From positions 3,968,001-4,032,000 of the forward strand of contig JBLDXI010000042.1 in the NCBI GenBank assembly GCA_047495785.1: DNA of 64,000 nucleotides, read 5' to 3'. The notes under the pieces were generated by a model. The model was given only the letters and a program-made list of their open reading frames with translations. It was not told where the DNA came from and did not search any database. This stretch comes from Lepidodermella squamata. Its lineage: Eukaryota; Animalia; Gastrotricha. The translations under genes were made by a program, and so were the position numbers. Of the stretch, positions 1 to 11,896 are shown one piece after another (positions within the stretch are counted from its first letter, which is position 1; each line of letters opens with the position of its first letter).

Positions 1-371
1 CCCGTCTGAACTAAACAAGGAAATATCAAAAAAGCAAGACATGAAAGTGATAGCGCTCGTTATACGTAAATCACACATTCTTCAAATGGAAATAAGCGGT
101 TGAACAATTCATAGAAGTATTCAAGTAAATACAGCCTTATCAATAAGCCGTCAGGTAGTGTAGGGACTATATCTGGAAGTTACTACCAATTGTTTGGAAG
201 TAGCAATCTTTTCCAAACTACCAAACAAGAGAAAAAAACTGAAACCCCAAATATTTCGATAGAAAAAATGAATCATAAAATAACAAAATAAAAGACGTGT
301 TAATTTATCTCGTCAATGGGATTCATTTTATTCGATAAATTCAATACGAAGTCGGGGTTAGCACAAACAGC

Positions 372-1772
372 TTAGAAATGCGTGACCTGAGGGTGCTCTT
401 TGAAGTACAGCCGTTCAACGTTTGAGTAAAATGTCCACCGTTTCTCTGCAACCTTTGAAAGCACGTTTGCTAAAGTCATTCTATTTCCAATAGATGCAAT
501 CTCTTCGACGTCGACATAAGTACCGCCATTCTTCAGATGTAGCTCAACATCTTTAACGGTGCAAACTGACTTCGCATCTGTGCATTCGAAAATGGCTTTG
601 ATGACAATCTCATCTTGGAGACACTTCCAGCACTGCGCGATGTGATTCTTCACCTCTGAAAAGAGCGTATTCTTCACGTCTACGAAAAACCAAATATTCA
701 TCAGTTTTAAGAGAAAAAGAACAAAGACGGGCAAGTACCTTCAAACTTTTTCCTCTTTATCAGGGACTCGGATACGTTTCTCAGCTGATTCAAACGACCA
801 CCGACAAGCGCGAAGACCCGTGAGTAGAGAGTACCATCCGTGTTCGCCACACCACGTTTTTGAAGGTAATCGAAAACTTGATCTTGGTCAATGTCACCAA
901 TGCGATACAATTCCCCACGTGAAAAAGAATTTCTACCTATTGAATAAATATGATGATTAGCAATTACTGAATTAAGTTGGCATGAAACCAACCGGTAATT
1001 TGCTGAGGCGCCGCTCCATCGGATGAGACAAAAATAGTGACGAATAGACGATCATCAATCGCATCTTTTGCGCCTTCTTGAAGCACTTCCAAAATGTCGG
1101 GATTCTTCTCCGCAAGCCGGTTCACGTTGTCAATGACCAGAACAGGCATTTTATTGTGTTTCGCCTTGTACCACTTAGCCATTTCTTTGAACCGAAAGTA
1201 CACTGGAAACCAATTTCCTTCATTAGCTTCAGAGAACAAGTATAGAACAAGCAGAGAAGAAAGGGCAAATTCTACTTACATGGCTTATCAGCGACAGGCT
1301 TTTTAAAGAAAGCACTAATACGATACTTGTAGCCGGTAGCATTGGCGAACTCCGATGCAAATAGAGAGACTTCCGCAGGGACATCCACGTAAATCACACC
1401 GCTGCCAACAGTTCGACACGCTTTCATAACAGCTGTCGTCTTTCCTGTACCATGACTTCCAGTAATTAGGCAATACCATCTTTTGATATTCAATGGTGAT
1501 GGCGTGAGCATGTGTAGCAAATCCTTCTCCAACTCTGGGCGGTCAACCGACGCTATTTCTTCCATGTCTAGAAATTCACCAGAGCCTCGTTCCAGGCGAA
1601 GTTTCAAAGCTCTTTCATCCTTATATCCAACGTAAGCCACATAGATGTAGTAGGCGACAGGTAGAACGACCATCGGGAATCGCATGAGCAATTCGAAAAA
1701 ATCGCCGACAAGGAAACATAACGTTTGCAGAATGCCCAGGGCTTCTTCCTCGGCGAAGCCATATGCGCCCAT
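372..1772 (-). CDS. Membrane-anchored P-loop (AAA/ATPase_2-like) ATPase. 4 exons (~1772-1280, ~1227 or 1202-993, 936-739, 679-372); true N-terminus uncertain.
   Basis: Four ORFs join in frame through short GT-AG introns (e.g. 992-937, 738-680). Walker A is ITGSHGTGKTT and Walker B is PVLVIDN. An N-terminal hydrophobic segment VVLPVAYYIYVAYVGY is present. Confidence 0.8.
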
Positions 1773-2955
1773 ATCAATAAGGGTGCAGAATACAAAAGCT
1801 CAATTAATCCTCAACAGGACAGCACTGCCAACTAGCCTTCCATTTCCATTCATTTTGGTTTCTACTTCTACCTTAACTCTATCAATAACGACAAATAATG
1901 ATCCACCCACATATGAAACAAAGAAAAGAGAATACAAGTAGCATCGGTTTTGATTTCGAGAAGGGTCAATGTTGGAATTGAATAGCTCATTGCATTCGCT
2001 GAAATTAGCGCGAATAGGTGTTACAGAATAAGTAAAACTTGAGCAAAATAAACACTGGAAGCAAAGAAGCAAACAAGTGTGCAGTTGTTGAAATTGTGGC
2101 AAAAATGCAACTTTAATTGAGGGGGCCTTGTTTTCTCCGCCCTCCGAAGAATGGAGAGGGCCTGGAAAGGACCCCGGCACTGTGGCCACGCAGCGCTAGG
2201 AATTTTGTAGGAAAACAAGCGGGGAGGTGTAGGAAACGGAGCCAGTCCAGACGATTCGATTATCTTAATTGCCAATTAATAACATCAGCAATCGATGATG
2301 AAGATGTGGCAAATGGCAATAATAGTTTTTCTACTTTTTCGCTTATTTGCGACCTAGCTACCCTCTCCATAATTTGTTCAAGCCCAATTAGTGTCTTCTT
2401 GCTTAACGAAAGGTAGCTCATCCATCTCCATAGCGCATCCTTCCAATTAACATTTTAAAGTCAAAGTTTCAGGTGTTCAAACTATGGTTCCGTGCCTTTC
2501 CTACAAACCCCGGCCAGCTTTCCTACAAAACGATCCCGGTTTCCTAAGAACGAACCGTCATTGCCGTGCAACAGGTTTGCAAGCGCAAAATCAAGCAGTG
2601 TCGATCGGCTTACTGACAAGACAATTTTCACATTTTTTTGAATGAAATAAAAATTTATATATGAATATATTATAACATATAAAAAATTTAATTTAAAACT
2701 GCATATTTTAAAATTTTCGCGGGGAAGCGCGCTAAAAGAAGAGAGCTTTGGGTGAAACGCGGAGGTCGGAGGTGCGCTTGCTAAACGGCCGCACATGAGC
2801 TGTTTCTCGTTTTCTGTTTCTGCTTTATGTTCAAGAGAGGGAGAGTTCTGGACGGCGTGGGTCTTTCGTCTAGCTTGAGCTTTGGGTTTCAGTAAGTCAG
2901 CTGCTCTTTGCTCCATAGTCTCTCATCATATCATATCGCATATCGCGATATATTG

Positions 2956-3154
2956 CATATCGCGCCTTCCGCGCCAGAGCAGTGTGCCGGAAATAGAAAC
3001 AAATGGCGTAAAACTAACTTTTTGCATCTTCGCCAAGCCAGTCGCGTGCCTGATCGCTGGAAAAAAGTTGAACGTCAGTTTTTTGCGCATCAAATGCATT
3101 ACGCCATTTGTTTCTATTTCCGGCACACTGTTCTGGCGCGGAAGGCGCGATATG
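2956..3154. mobile_element. MITE-like foldback element with 56-bp terminal inverted repeats
   Basis: 2956-3011 (catatcgcgccttccgcgccagagcagtgtgccggaaatagaaacaaatggcgtaa) is the reverse complement of 3099-3154 with one mismatch. The spacer is 87 bp and non-coding. Confidence 0.75.
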
Positions 3155-3977
3155 GCCTCTATAGCCATAGCCTCTAGCCTCTAGTCAACGGATAACTTTA
3201 TCGGTGTGATGAACTTCATGATGAACGTAGATCCCTCAACTATAAATATGTGATTTCTAGTGAAAACTGAAATATGATTGAAATGAACGTTCATATTTTA
3301 CACAATTATTCATAACAGCAAACAGAACACTAGCTTGCTGTAATAATAACCTGACTGGTCATCTTTGTTGTAATTTGGATCCTTTCATTTATCAATTCCA
3401 GCAATACGTAAGCAGCACTAGTAATATATCGATTTTGGACCTCCTCATATCTCCCTAACGAAAGTTCATTTTGGGACGGAATCCGGCATTGGCGTTGATC
3501 TCTCAGTAATCCAAAGAAAAACAAAGATCTGACTATTGGCTTTTGCAGGGCAATTACCTGAAATTCAGGTGAAACTCGGCAATCGGAATTGCGGACTAAA
3601 AAATATAATCGTGTTGCGTTGGAATGGAGCCATTATCATGCTTTATTTTTCATGCTGAACAAATAATAACTGGGTGAATTCTTTCGCTACGTGCTACGTG
3701 CGCAAAAAAATTATTTCTCATTTGAAAAAATAATGATTCGCCATTTGCTCATCATTTTTGAAATCTGACCCAAAGGCCGATAAAAACTGAAAACTCATAA
3801 CGCCATTCCGCATGCAAATGGGTTAGCCCGAAATAAGTACCGTTACGCTAAGAGCTTCGAAGCGTCGTGAAGTTGAAATTCGACAATATAGAACAGAATA
3901 TTATTCGTCAAACTACACCCTCTCATTTTATTCAACATTCAAGATCACGATAAATCACAAATTGTTCTATAATATCC

Positions 3978-4932
3978 TCATTTGGTGGCATAGCCAGACG
4001 CCGTTGGAGTGTAAATTTTGAAAACCAGTCCTTTTAAAGGGGCTCTGAAATTCGAATAAAAAAATCTCACGATGCAAGAAACAATGAGAAAAATTGACCA
4101 ACATGAATTTATTCACTTTGACATCAGTGAATCCGACCGATTTGAGAACTTCGAAAGGTCGACGGCTGGGGTTGCAGTCGGTGAAATAAACCAACAGTGG
4201 ATTAGCGATGAAGCGTTGAATCAGCTCCATTAGCCAATTTTCCGACCGAATGTGGTCCCAGAAGTAATACCTTCCATTCTATATAAAAATCGGAATAATT
4301 ATTTTAGCAAATTTATCTAAAATAAGATTTTATACCGGTTTCAAAACGCGATAGATCTGCTTGAAGGTGGCCGTGTTGTCAGAAACTGAGCAATTAACAA
4401 GCCTCGATAGAGCAACATCAACCGAAGCGTCAGCAAGTTGCGACGAGTCGAGGTCCTCGATTTTGCAGTTGATCAGCGTAAATTTGCCATCCCTTGAATT
4501 AATCTTTAAAAATTTTCCAAAATTTTTGAAATTCAACCTTTCAAGGTGAGATTTATTCCACGCCTCTTGCAAGAACGGGTTGAAGTCAGGGCACGGTTCA
4601 ACAACGATCAGATGAATGCCGGCTGGATAGGCCTCGAACGCAGGCTCAGGTCCTGCGAAAATCGATCAAAAATTCTCAAAAATATAAAAAGGATCCTAGA
4701 AATAACCTGCTCCATATTCCAAAACAGTTGGTTGATGTTTCTTTCCAACTTCTTCGATGCTTTGGCGAATCTCGTCGTTGAAAGGCTTCAGAATTTTGCC
4801 GCAAGCTGCACGGTATTGAGGCCCGACGTGGCTTATCAATTTCAGGTGAAGGAAATGGCGAAATTGTTCGAGAAAAAACAAAGGCGGGAAAACAACCTTC
4901 AACCAGAGAGGAAAATCATAAGTTACAGCCAT
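3978..4932 (-). CDS. METTL7: METTL7/TMT1-like SAM-dependent (thiol) methyltransferase, copy 1 (5 exons)
   Basis: The spliced product has an N-terminal hydrophobic anchor, motif I VLEYGAGP, DVALSRLVNCSVSD, RVLKPNGRYYFWDHI and the C-terminus ASGYATK*. Introns are 4706-4653, 4537-4493, 4335-4279 and one near 4100-4046. Confidence 0.8.
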
Positions 4933-5548
4933 TTTATTCAGCTGGATTTTAAAGCAACTACTCAAATATCAAAATGACCGAATACTAAAAAAAAGTCTTG
5001 TAAACACGTGCTCGCATGCATCAGACGTTTTTTCGGCTTATCTCTGTCCTTTCAAACCACAGTTTTCTAATCAGACAAAAGCGACGTGAGCTCATTAAAG
5101 ACAACTGATTGTATTGCGGTACAATTTCCCCACAATTTTGTACATTAGCTTGCCTATTAAATTCGGGAAAAATGTCAGAAAAATCGCCGGTCTCATGTAA
5201 TACAAAAATATCGATATTATTGCTTCAATCATCTATCGGCGATTTTTCGGAAGGAGACGCTCCAAATTGAAGCTATGGAGCTGAATATTATGCCCAATAT
5301 CAGAAAAATAGGCAATTTGACTTGCTGTAAAATTACCATTTAATCACCTGTCATATTTACCTGTCAGGTTTATGCCAAACTAAAGATTTACAAATCAAGA
5401 CCTCAAAAACTCCAATATTCACATTTTATTTTCCATAGAAAATTAATAAGATAATTGAAATGTATCAATTTTAAATTGAGTTTACATAGGAAATTTAGAA
5501 TTTGAGAAATTCTCAGTAGCAGCAATACTGTGCGCAAACGGTCTAACA

Positions 5549-8500
5549 TTAATGGTAATGGAAAGCTTGACCGTTAGCAATGTCGGGGAAGCGAGGTGAG
5601 TGAGGCGGCGATGCCGAATTCGTTTCGACTACTGTTCGCCGGCGAAGATCTGGGCTGCTGCGGATGATGGCTTCACCTAATTGGCGAACCTCAGAGCCCT
5701 GCTGGTACCCGGTTACGACCTCGACCTGTCCGCCGTGATAACAGCCTTGATGGCACTGATGCATGACAGGCATCGATTGATGCAAGATTTGAGTTGGAGT
5801 TGAGTCGACGCAAACGTATTCCTTCTTTCGGATGGTTGGAGGTGATATCATGCAAGTTTGGCGAATTATCTGCGGCTCCGGCATCGGGCCGGGTGGGCCA
5901 GGAGGACCAGGAGGGCCAGGCCGACCAGCGGGACCAGGGGGGCCAGTGGGCCCTGAGACACCTGGAGGTCCCGGATTACCATCACGACCTTTCTCGCCCT
6001 GTGGCCCTCTCGTCCCGTCTTTCCCGTCTTTTCCGGCAGGTCCAGGCGGGCCGTCTGGCCCTCGGTCACCCCGATCACCTGGTGGACCTGGAGGTCCCAT
6101 CGGTCCGTCTCGGCCTTGCGGCCCAGGGGGGCCGGCTGGACCCCTTGGGCCTGGCGGTCCTTCGACGACTCTAACTGTGCCTTGTCCCATTGGTCCTGAG
6201 GGGCCTTGATCTCCCGGGTCCCCTTTTTCGCCCTTTTCGCCAGGAAGGCCTCGAGGACCCATGTCACCCTTGTCGCCTTTCGGCCCTGGCGGACCCGGAG
6301 GGCCAGGAGGCCCAGGTGGTCCTGGAACGCAGACATGTCTCGGCGGCTCAACGCATACTTTTCGGACTTGGGGCGGTGAAATAACGCAGCGGCGTACTAG
6401 CTGAGGTTCCGGAATTGGACCTGGAGGCCCCATTGGTCCATGTGGGCCCATTGGCCCAGGTGGGCCAGGTGGTCCTGCTGGTCCACGATCACCCATTGGT
6501 CCGCGATCTCCCGGTTTTCCTGCAGGACCCGGTATGCCGGGGACACCCGGTGGACCATTTTGACCATCCCGACCAGGCGGACCGGGAGGTCCCGCTGGGC
6601 CCGCAACACCAGGAGGCCCAGGAGGCCCTGGAGGTCCCGGAATTCCTTTCCCCGGGGAGCATGGTGGTCCAACGGGCCCCTGGGGACCAGTCGGCCCGGG
6701 CGGGCCCATCTTGCCATCTTTCCCATTCTGACCGGGGCACCCTGGCGGTCCCATGGGGCCAGGAAAACCTTGTGGTCCCGGATCCCCTTTGTCACCTTTA
6801 ACCCCTCGCTCGCCTTTGGGACCAGGTGGTCCAGGGTCACCTTTCGGTCCAGGGTCACCATCCTTGCCATCCTTACCATTTTTGCCCCTTTTACCTTTCC
6901 TGCCCTCTTTTCCACGACGGCCACGAGGACCTGGACGACCTGGCGGCCCTTCGATTACCTGAAACGGACCTGGACAACCTATGGGGCCCTGCGGACCAGG
7001 AGGGCCGATCGGACCGATGTCTCCACGCTCCCCCTTTTCTCCTTTCTTACCTTGAGGACCTTGAGGACCCGCGTCACCTTTGTCGCCTTTCGGCCCTGCC
7101 GTACCACCAGGTCCTGCTGGTCCAATCAAGCCTTGCTCGCCCTTTGGTCCCTGTGGCCCGTCATCCCCTTTGGGACCCATCGGACCCACTGGTCCTGCGA
7201 TTGGCTCAGGGATCCAAGCCAGTATTTGCTCTTTCGTAAAACATTTACAAGCTGGTCGAGCCATGCGTTTCGTAAATAACATGGCAAATAAAGCCGCGAA
7301 TAGAATCGCAATAATGGCCGCGACGACGCACGATATGACAATCATTTCGGCTAAGTTTAGGGATGATTGAGTGATGGGTGGTGGCTCAGACACTTGGGCT
7401 CCAGGCCCAGGTTGTGTTGTCGAAGGGGGTGGCGGTGGCGGTTGAGTAGGTGTTATAGTAGATGGCGAGGGATTTACAACTGTTGTCGGAGTTGGAATCT
7501 GATCGCAGACGAAGGCTTGTGACTTGCAGTCATGAGTGGACCATCTAAAAACAGAGCTTGATTATCAGTGTTCAAAATACTATAATAATCTCGTACACAT
7601 ATCCTAGGGACCGCGGGTCTTTAACCAACGACACGCAGTCTCCACAAGCTGTTCCACTTGTTGCAGCTAGTGGTGGAAATTCACGAGGTTGCACCACGCT
7701 GCCATCTTGCCAAGACATTCCAAAGTTTTTCGTGCCCAGCCAGTAGTAAGATGTGCCTGGTATTGCGCTCTTCAAAGCTGTCCTCGTTGCTTCGACATCC
7801 GCGACGCTTTTCAGCGAAGCCAATGAATTACTGCACCGCTTCTGAGCCTCATCGAAGTTCAAATTGTCTTCCTCGGTGAGAGTCACCCGGTTGTTAGATG
7901 CTTGGCAAAGAGCAAAGCTGACAGCCGAGCATGGCCTAGGAACCAAATCAACAACAGGATCGGCGTTAGCTCGCGAAATGACTCGCATTGATAAACACAT
8001 TGGACATGTCTTCGCATCGGCAGCTAGAGTCCAATTTTCGCAAGCTGCATACGACGCAGCAGCTGTGGCGTAGATTGATGAGACTATCGAGTCCCTGCTA
8101 CTCGAGGACCTTGAAGCTAACTCAATTGCTGAGGAGCAGGTCATCCGCTTAGACCAATCGATTTCATCTGAGCAGTTGCATTTCGGCGTACCCTTGCTCT
8201 GGAACAGAAAACAAACAATATAATGATCATTTTAATATGCAATGGTTGACATACCAAGTCTGTTTCGAGGATATCGTAGAGCATTGCATATCTGTAGCCA
8301 GCTCGTGAGCAGTATGTCGTACACTCCACTCGAGTTTTATCATCATCCAACCTCCTGAATTGTTGAAATTGTGGGCGCCCCAAAATTGGGCCACTGCCTT
8401 CTTGGAAGAAGCAGCCCTGCCAATAGAGTGACGATCCATCGTCTAACCAGGCCCATGGCTGTGGGGTAACTCGTAGCCCAGTGTGAGCTTCATTAATATT

Positions 8501-8758
8501 GCCACGAATCAGGGCGGCTTCCACTATGGTTTGGTCATCAATCGATTCGATTTTCGCCAACTTCGGGCAGGTCTGGCTGATATCAGTGTAAGTTACCGGC
8601 TGAGGGTATGAGAGTACGTCGAAGCACTTTCCGCTTCCGGTTGTGGAGCATGATTTATAAACCGTAGGCTTGTTGTTGTCATTAGGGGCTTGTTGTGAGG
8701 AAATAAGAATACAGTTGACGAGGCATAAGATGCCGAGTGAGTATTTTAGTCTCGGCAT
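5549..8758 (-). CDS. Signal peptide + C-type lectin-like domain with inserted WSC domain + second CTLD + Pro/Thr stalk + TM helix + long Gly-X-Y collagen region. About 1033 aa; exons 8758-8255, 8198-7597, 7544-5549.
   Basis: ORFs 8141-8797, 7572-8144 and 5549-7393 join in frame through 56-nt and 52-nt GT-AG introns. The second junction restores the CTLD end ([16 protein letters not shown]). The TM is [24 protein letters not shown] (~7345-7274) and the GXY repeats span ~7195-5880. Confidence 0.85.
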
Positions 8759-9265
8759 GGCGCGCAATGCCTGAGAAAAAGGGGTCGTCAAAACCAACTG
8801 AATTCAGACTGCCAACGGTTGATAGGTACAGGTTCTATCTCTCGCTTGCAATTATTTAGTCATTGCGCGTTGCCAGGGTGCCATGGACGCGCGAAAGCTA
8901 AAACGCAAGCGAACTGAATGGCGAATCATCGATCATAAATACCAGCGGCGTAACCAAGACCACATCCTCCCATTGTTCGAGCCGCATTAATGATCACCCA
9001 TAGCGCTGCGAGGTGTCAACGCGCACCTAGTAGCAGGTAATGCGGACGACGGCAGTGCTAAAAAAAACGATCGAACAACTTCTGTTATCGAGCCATTCGT
9101 TGGTGCGAATATTCTAGAATAGCTAAGTTCAACTCGTGCCGCTATATCGACAGGCGAAATAACTGGTTATTGCAGTGGGCTAAAATAAAAAATTCGGGTA
9201 CGTAATAACACAAGAGTGTTAAAATATTCAGTCCTATAGGACTTGGATGAATGATTTGACTGACG

Positions 9266-11808
9266 ATGTCCTTGGTAAAAGTCAAAATGTTCATGTTCAG
9301 TGTTTTGATCGTAGCAAGGTTGGCATCGCTATCTAATGCTGCTTCTTATGAAATTCATAATCTAACAGCAGCTATTGACAGAAGCTATTGCTTGGATCCT
9401 GGCTGCATAGAGGCTGCAGCTTTGATTATTCGAACTGCTAACCTCTCGCTAGATCCCTGCGAAGACTTCTACGAATTCGCTTGCGGTAAGTTCATTACTG
9501 CAGCGACCAAGCAATTTGCGATTAAAAGGAAGTCGGTCATCAACATCTACGATAGCTATTGTAATCTAGTTGAAGACTCCATTCAAGAGGCACTGATTCT
9601 TGGGGATCGCCCGGGACAGCCGATCGAGGAGAGAAATGCTGCATTTTTCTACAAGGTTTGAAACACTCGATAAACAACAACCTTAGCAAGGAAAATTGCC
9701 TTTATTAGTCATGCGTTGATTTTAAGAGTTACGGAGACGATGGTGGAGTTCTTCAGGCGGTCGAAGTAAGGTTTCTACGTCAACTTGTGAGAAAAGTGGC
9801 GGGAGATTCTGATTCGGGAGATATCCCTTCGTTCTTTAATTCATCTTCTATCAGCAACGGAAATTTCAGCATTGAGGAGCTCTTGGTCCGGGGGTTACTT
9901 TATTCCCCGAACACAACAACCGCCTTCTTTCAAATGAGCATCGACCGAGATTTGTTGGATGCTTCCAAATTATCAATTTTCATCGCGCAAAGCCAGACAT
10001 TCTTCTTCCTTGACCAATCTCTTTTAGCTTATTTACGACAACAGCAAGAATTCAGCGGAGTTGATGCCCTTGAAGAAGAGCTAATACCTAGATATGAAGC
10101 CTTCCTGAGGAATTTCTCCTTACTTGTTGATCCTTCTATGAACGGAAGGGCAAATGAGACAGTGTTGATCCGAAGGATGATTGACTTTGAGAAAGGCCTC
10201 GCTATGTTGACTCCAGCTATAGCTGATATCCCAGCTCATGTTTTTGGACCTGATGATGAAGGTAATTTAACTTTCCATGAGCTACAAAAGCTGTCACCTG
10301 CAGTCAATTGGATAAAACTACTGCGAGCTATAGGAATTCAATACAATGTCTCTACTCTATTGACATCGGATTGGGAGAGGATTTCGTTTAATGTCTATTC
10401 GAAGTCTTACTTCCGAGATTTATCTTCATATTTGAAAGTATGGATGAATTCTACGGATGGGCAACTTGTCCTGAGGAATTACGTTATATTGCAAAGTTTG
10501 CTCAGTTACTTACCGGAGTTTCGATCATCAGTTCTGACAGATCTTATCAATGCGTTGACATCTACACAGAGTCGTGAATCAACTTCGTCTGAAATCCAAT
10601 GTTTGAAACTAGCAAAACGTTATTATGGCAAGTCTATGTCACGCCGTTTTATCGCTAACTACTTCCCATTACAATCGAAGGAAAGATTGGAAAGGATCTC
10701 TGAGCAAATCAGGACGACTTTCGCACAAAAGTTGCGCGCGAAAAATTACGGTTGGCTTGACAGCCAATCGAGAAATAAGGTGTTGTTGAAAATTGGCAAA
10801 ATTTCTTATTCGATTGGATACCCGGACGATCTCCTCGAAGACAGGAACTTTGGATTGGTTTCGCCAGCATTTTCCGACTACTTCGAGAATATCCAGAAAC
10901 TTAGGAATGGTCTGAATTCAGTTGCGTTCAAACTTTTGGACAAACCCCCCGAGCGAGAAAACGAGTAGGTGATTTGTTAGCTTAGAATCCTTGAATGAAC
11001 TTGCGCATTTTTAGTTGGGGATCACTGTTGCCGATAGATAACAATGCGGCCTATGACCCCCTTAATAATGCTGTGCATATAGCTGCAGCTATCTTGGTCG
11101 AGCCTTTCTTCCGACCGGACTTCCCATCATCATGGAACTGGGGTATAGGACAAACCATCGGTCATGAAACGCTTCACTCTCTAGACCAACTCGGCGGCAA
11201 ATATGACGAACTCGGCCGAAGGATGGATCTGATGAGGAATGAAAGTTTCTGGCTGTTTACGAATGAGACTCAAGCTATCTTCAAGAACTTGACTCAATGC
11301 ATGATTGACCAGTACTCAGCGACGGATTTTCAAGTTCTGCCAGGCTACACAACGGATGGTCAAGCGACTTTCAACGAAAATCTTGCTGATAATGGAGGTC
11401 TGAATTTGGCATTTGAGGTAAGAATTTGAAACGGGAGTCTTCCATTTGTTCACACTTTTTCAGGCCTTCAAAAGCGAAGCCAACGATACGTTTGATCAAT
11501 TAGAATTAGCTGTGAAACATCCATCTCTGAACAACGGCAAGGGTTTGTCAAAGAGCCAAGTTTTCTTTCTAGCAGTTGGTATTGGTTACTGCGAAGCTCG
11601 AACGCCGACCAGTTTGAAAAAGCAGTTGGACACTGATATTCACGCACCAAATAAACAGCGAGTTAACGTGATGATGGCAAATTCTGAAGTTTGTTTCAAC
11701 GTTTTATTGTTCATCTCTCTAAATTAGCTATTTCAGGATTTTGCACATGCTTTTCGATGCTCGAAAGGTTCCAGAATGAACCCTGTGAAAAATTGTCGAG
11801 TTTGGTGA
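9266..11808 (+). CDS. M13 family zinc metallopeptidase (neprilysin/ECE-like), probably secreted; 5 exons
   Basis: Motifs are DPCEDFYEFACG, IGYPD, NAAY, zinc motif GHETLHSLD, ENLADNGG, HAP and the C-terminus MNPVKNCRVW*. An N-terminal signal-like peptide is present. Confidence 0.92.
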
Positions 11809-11896
11809 CATTTACTTAATGAAACATGTTTTAATTCAATGATCAGCTTTATTTCCTGCTTCAATAATGCTGATTAACAGGCATGGCATCACTGTT

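Noticed and set aside
2882-3184. Near-identical peptides on both strands (ISRLPRQ.SVPEIETNGV)
   Set aside because: This is a by-product of the DNA inverted repeat, not two genes.
5794-7370. Many overlapping ORFs on both strands over the collagen region
   Set aside because: They are shadow frames of GC-rich Gly-Pro codon repeats, with no independent domain signal.
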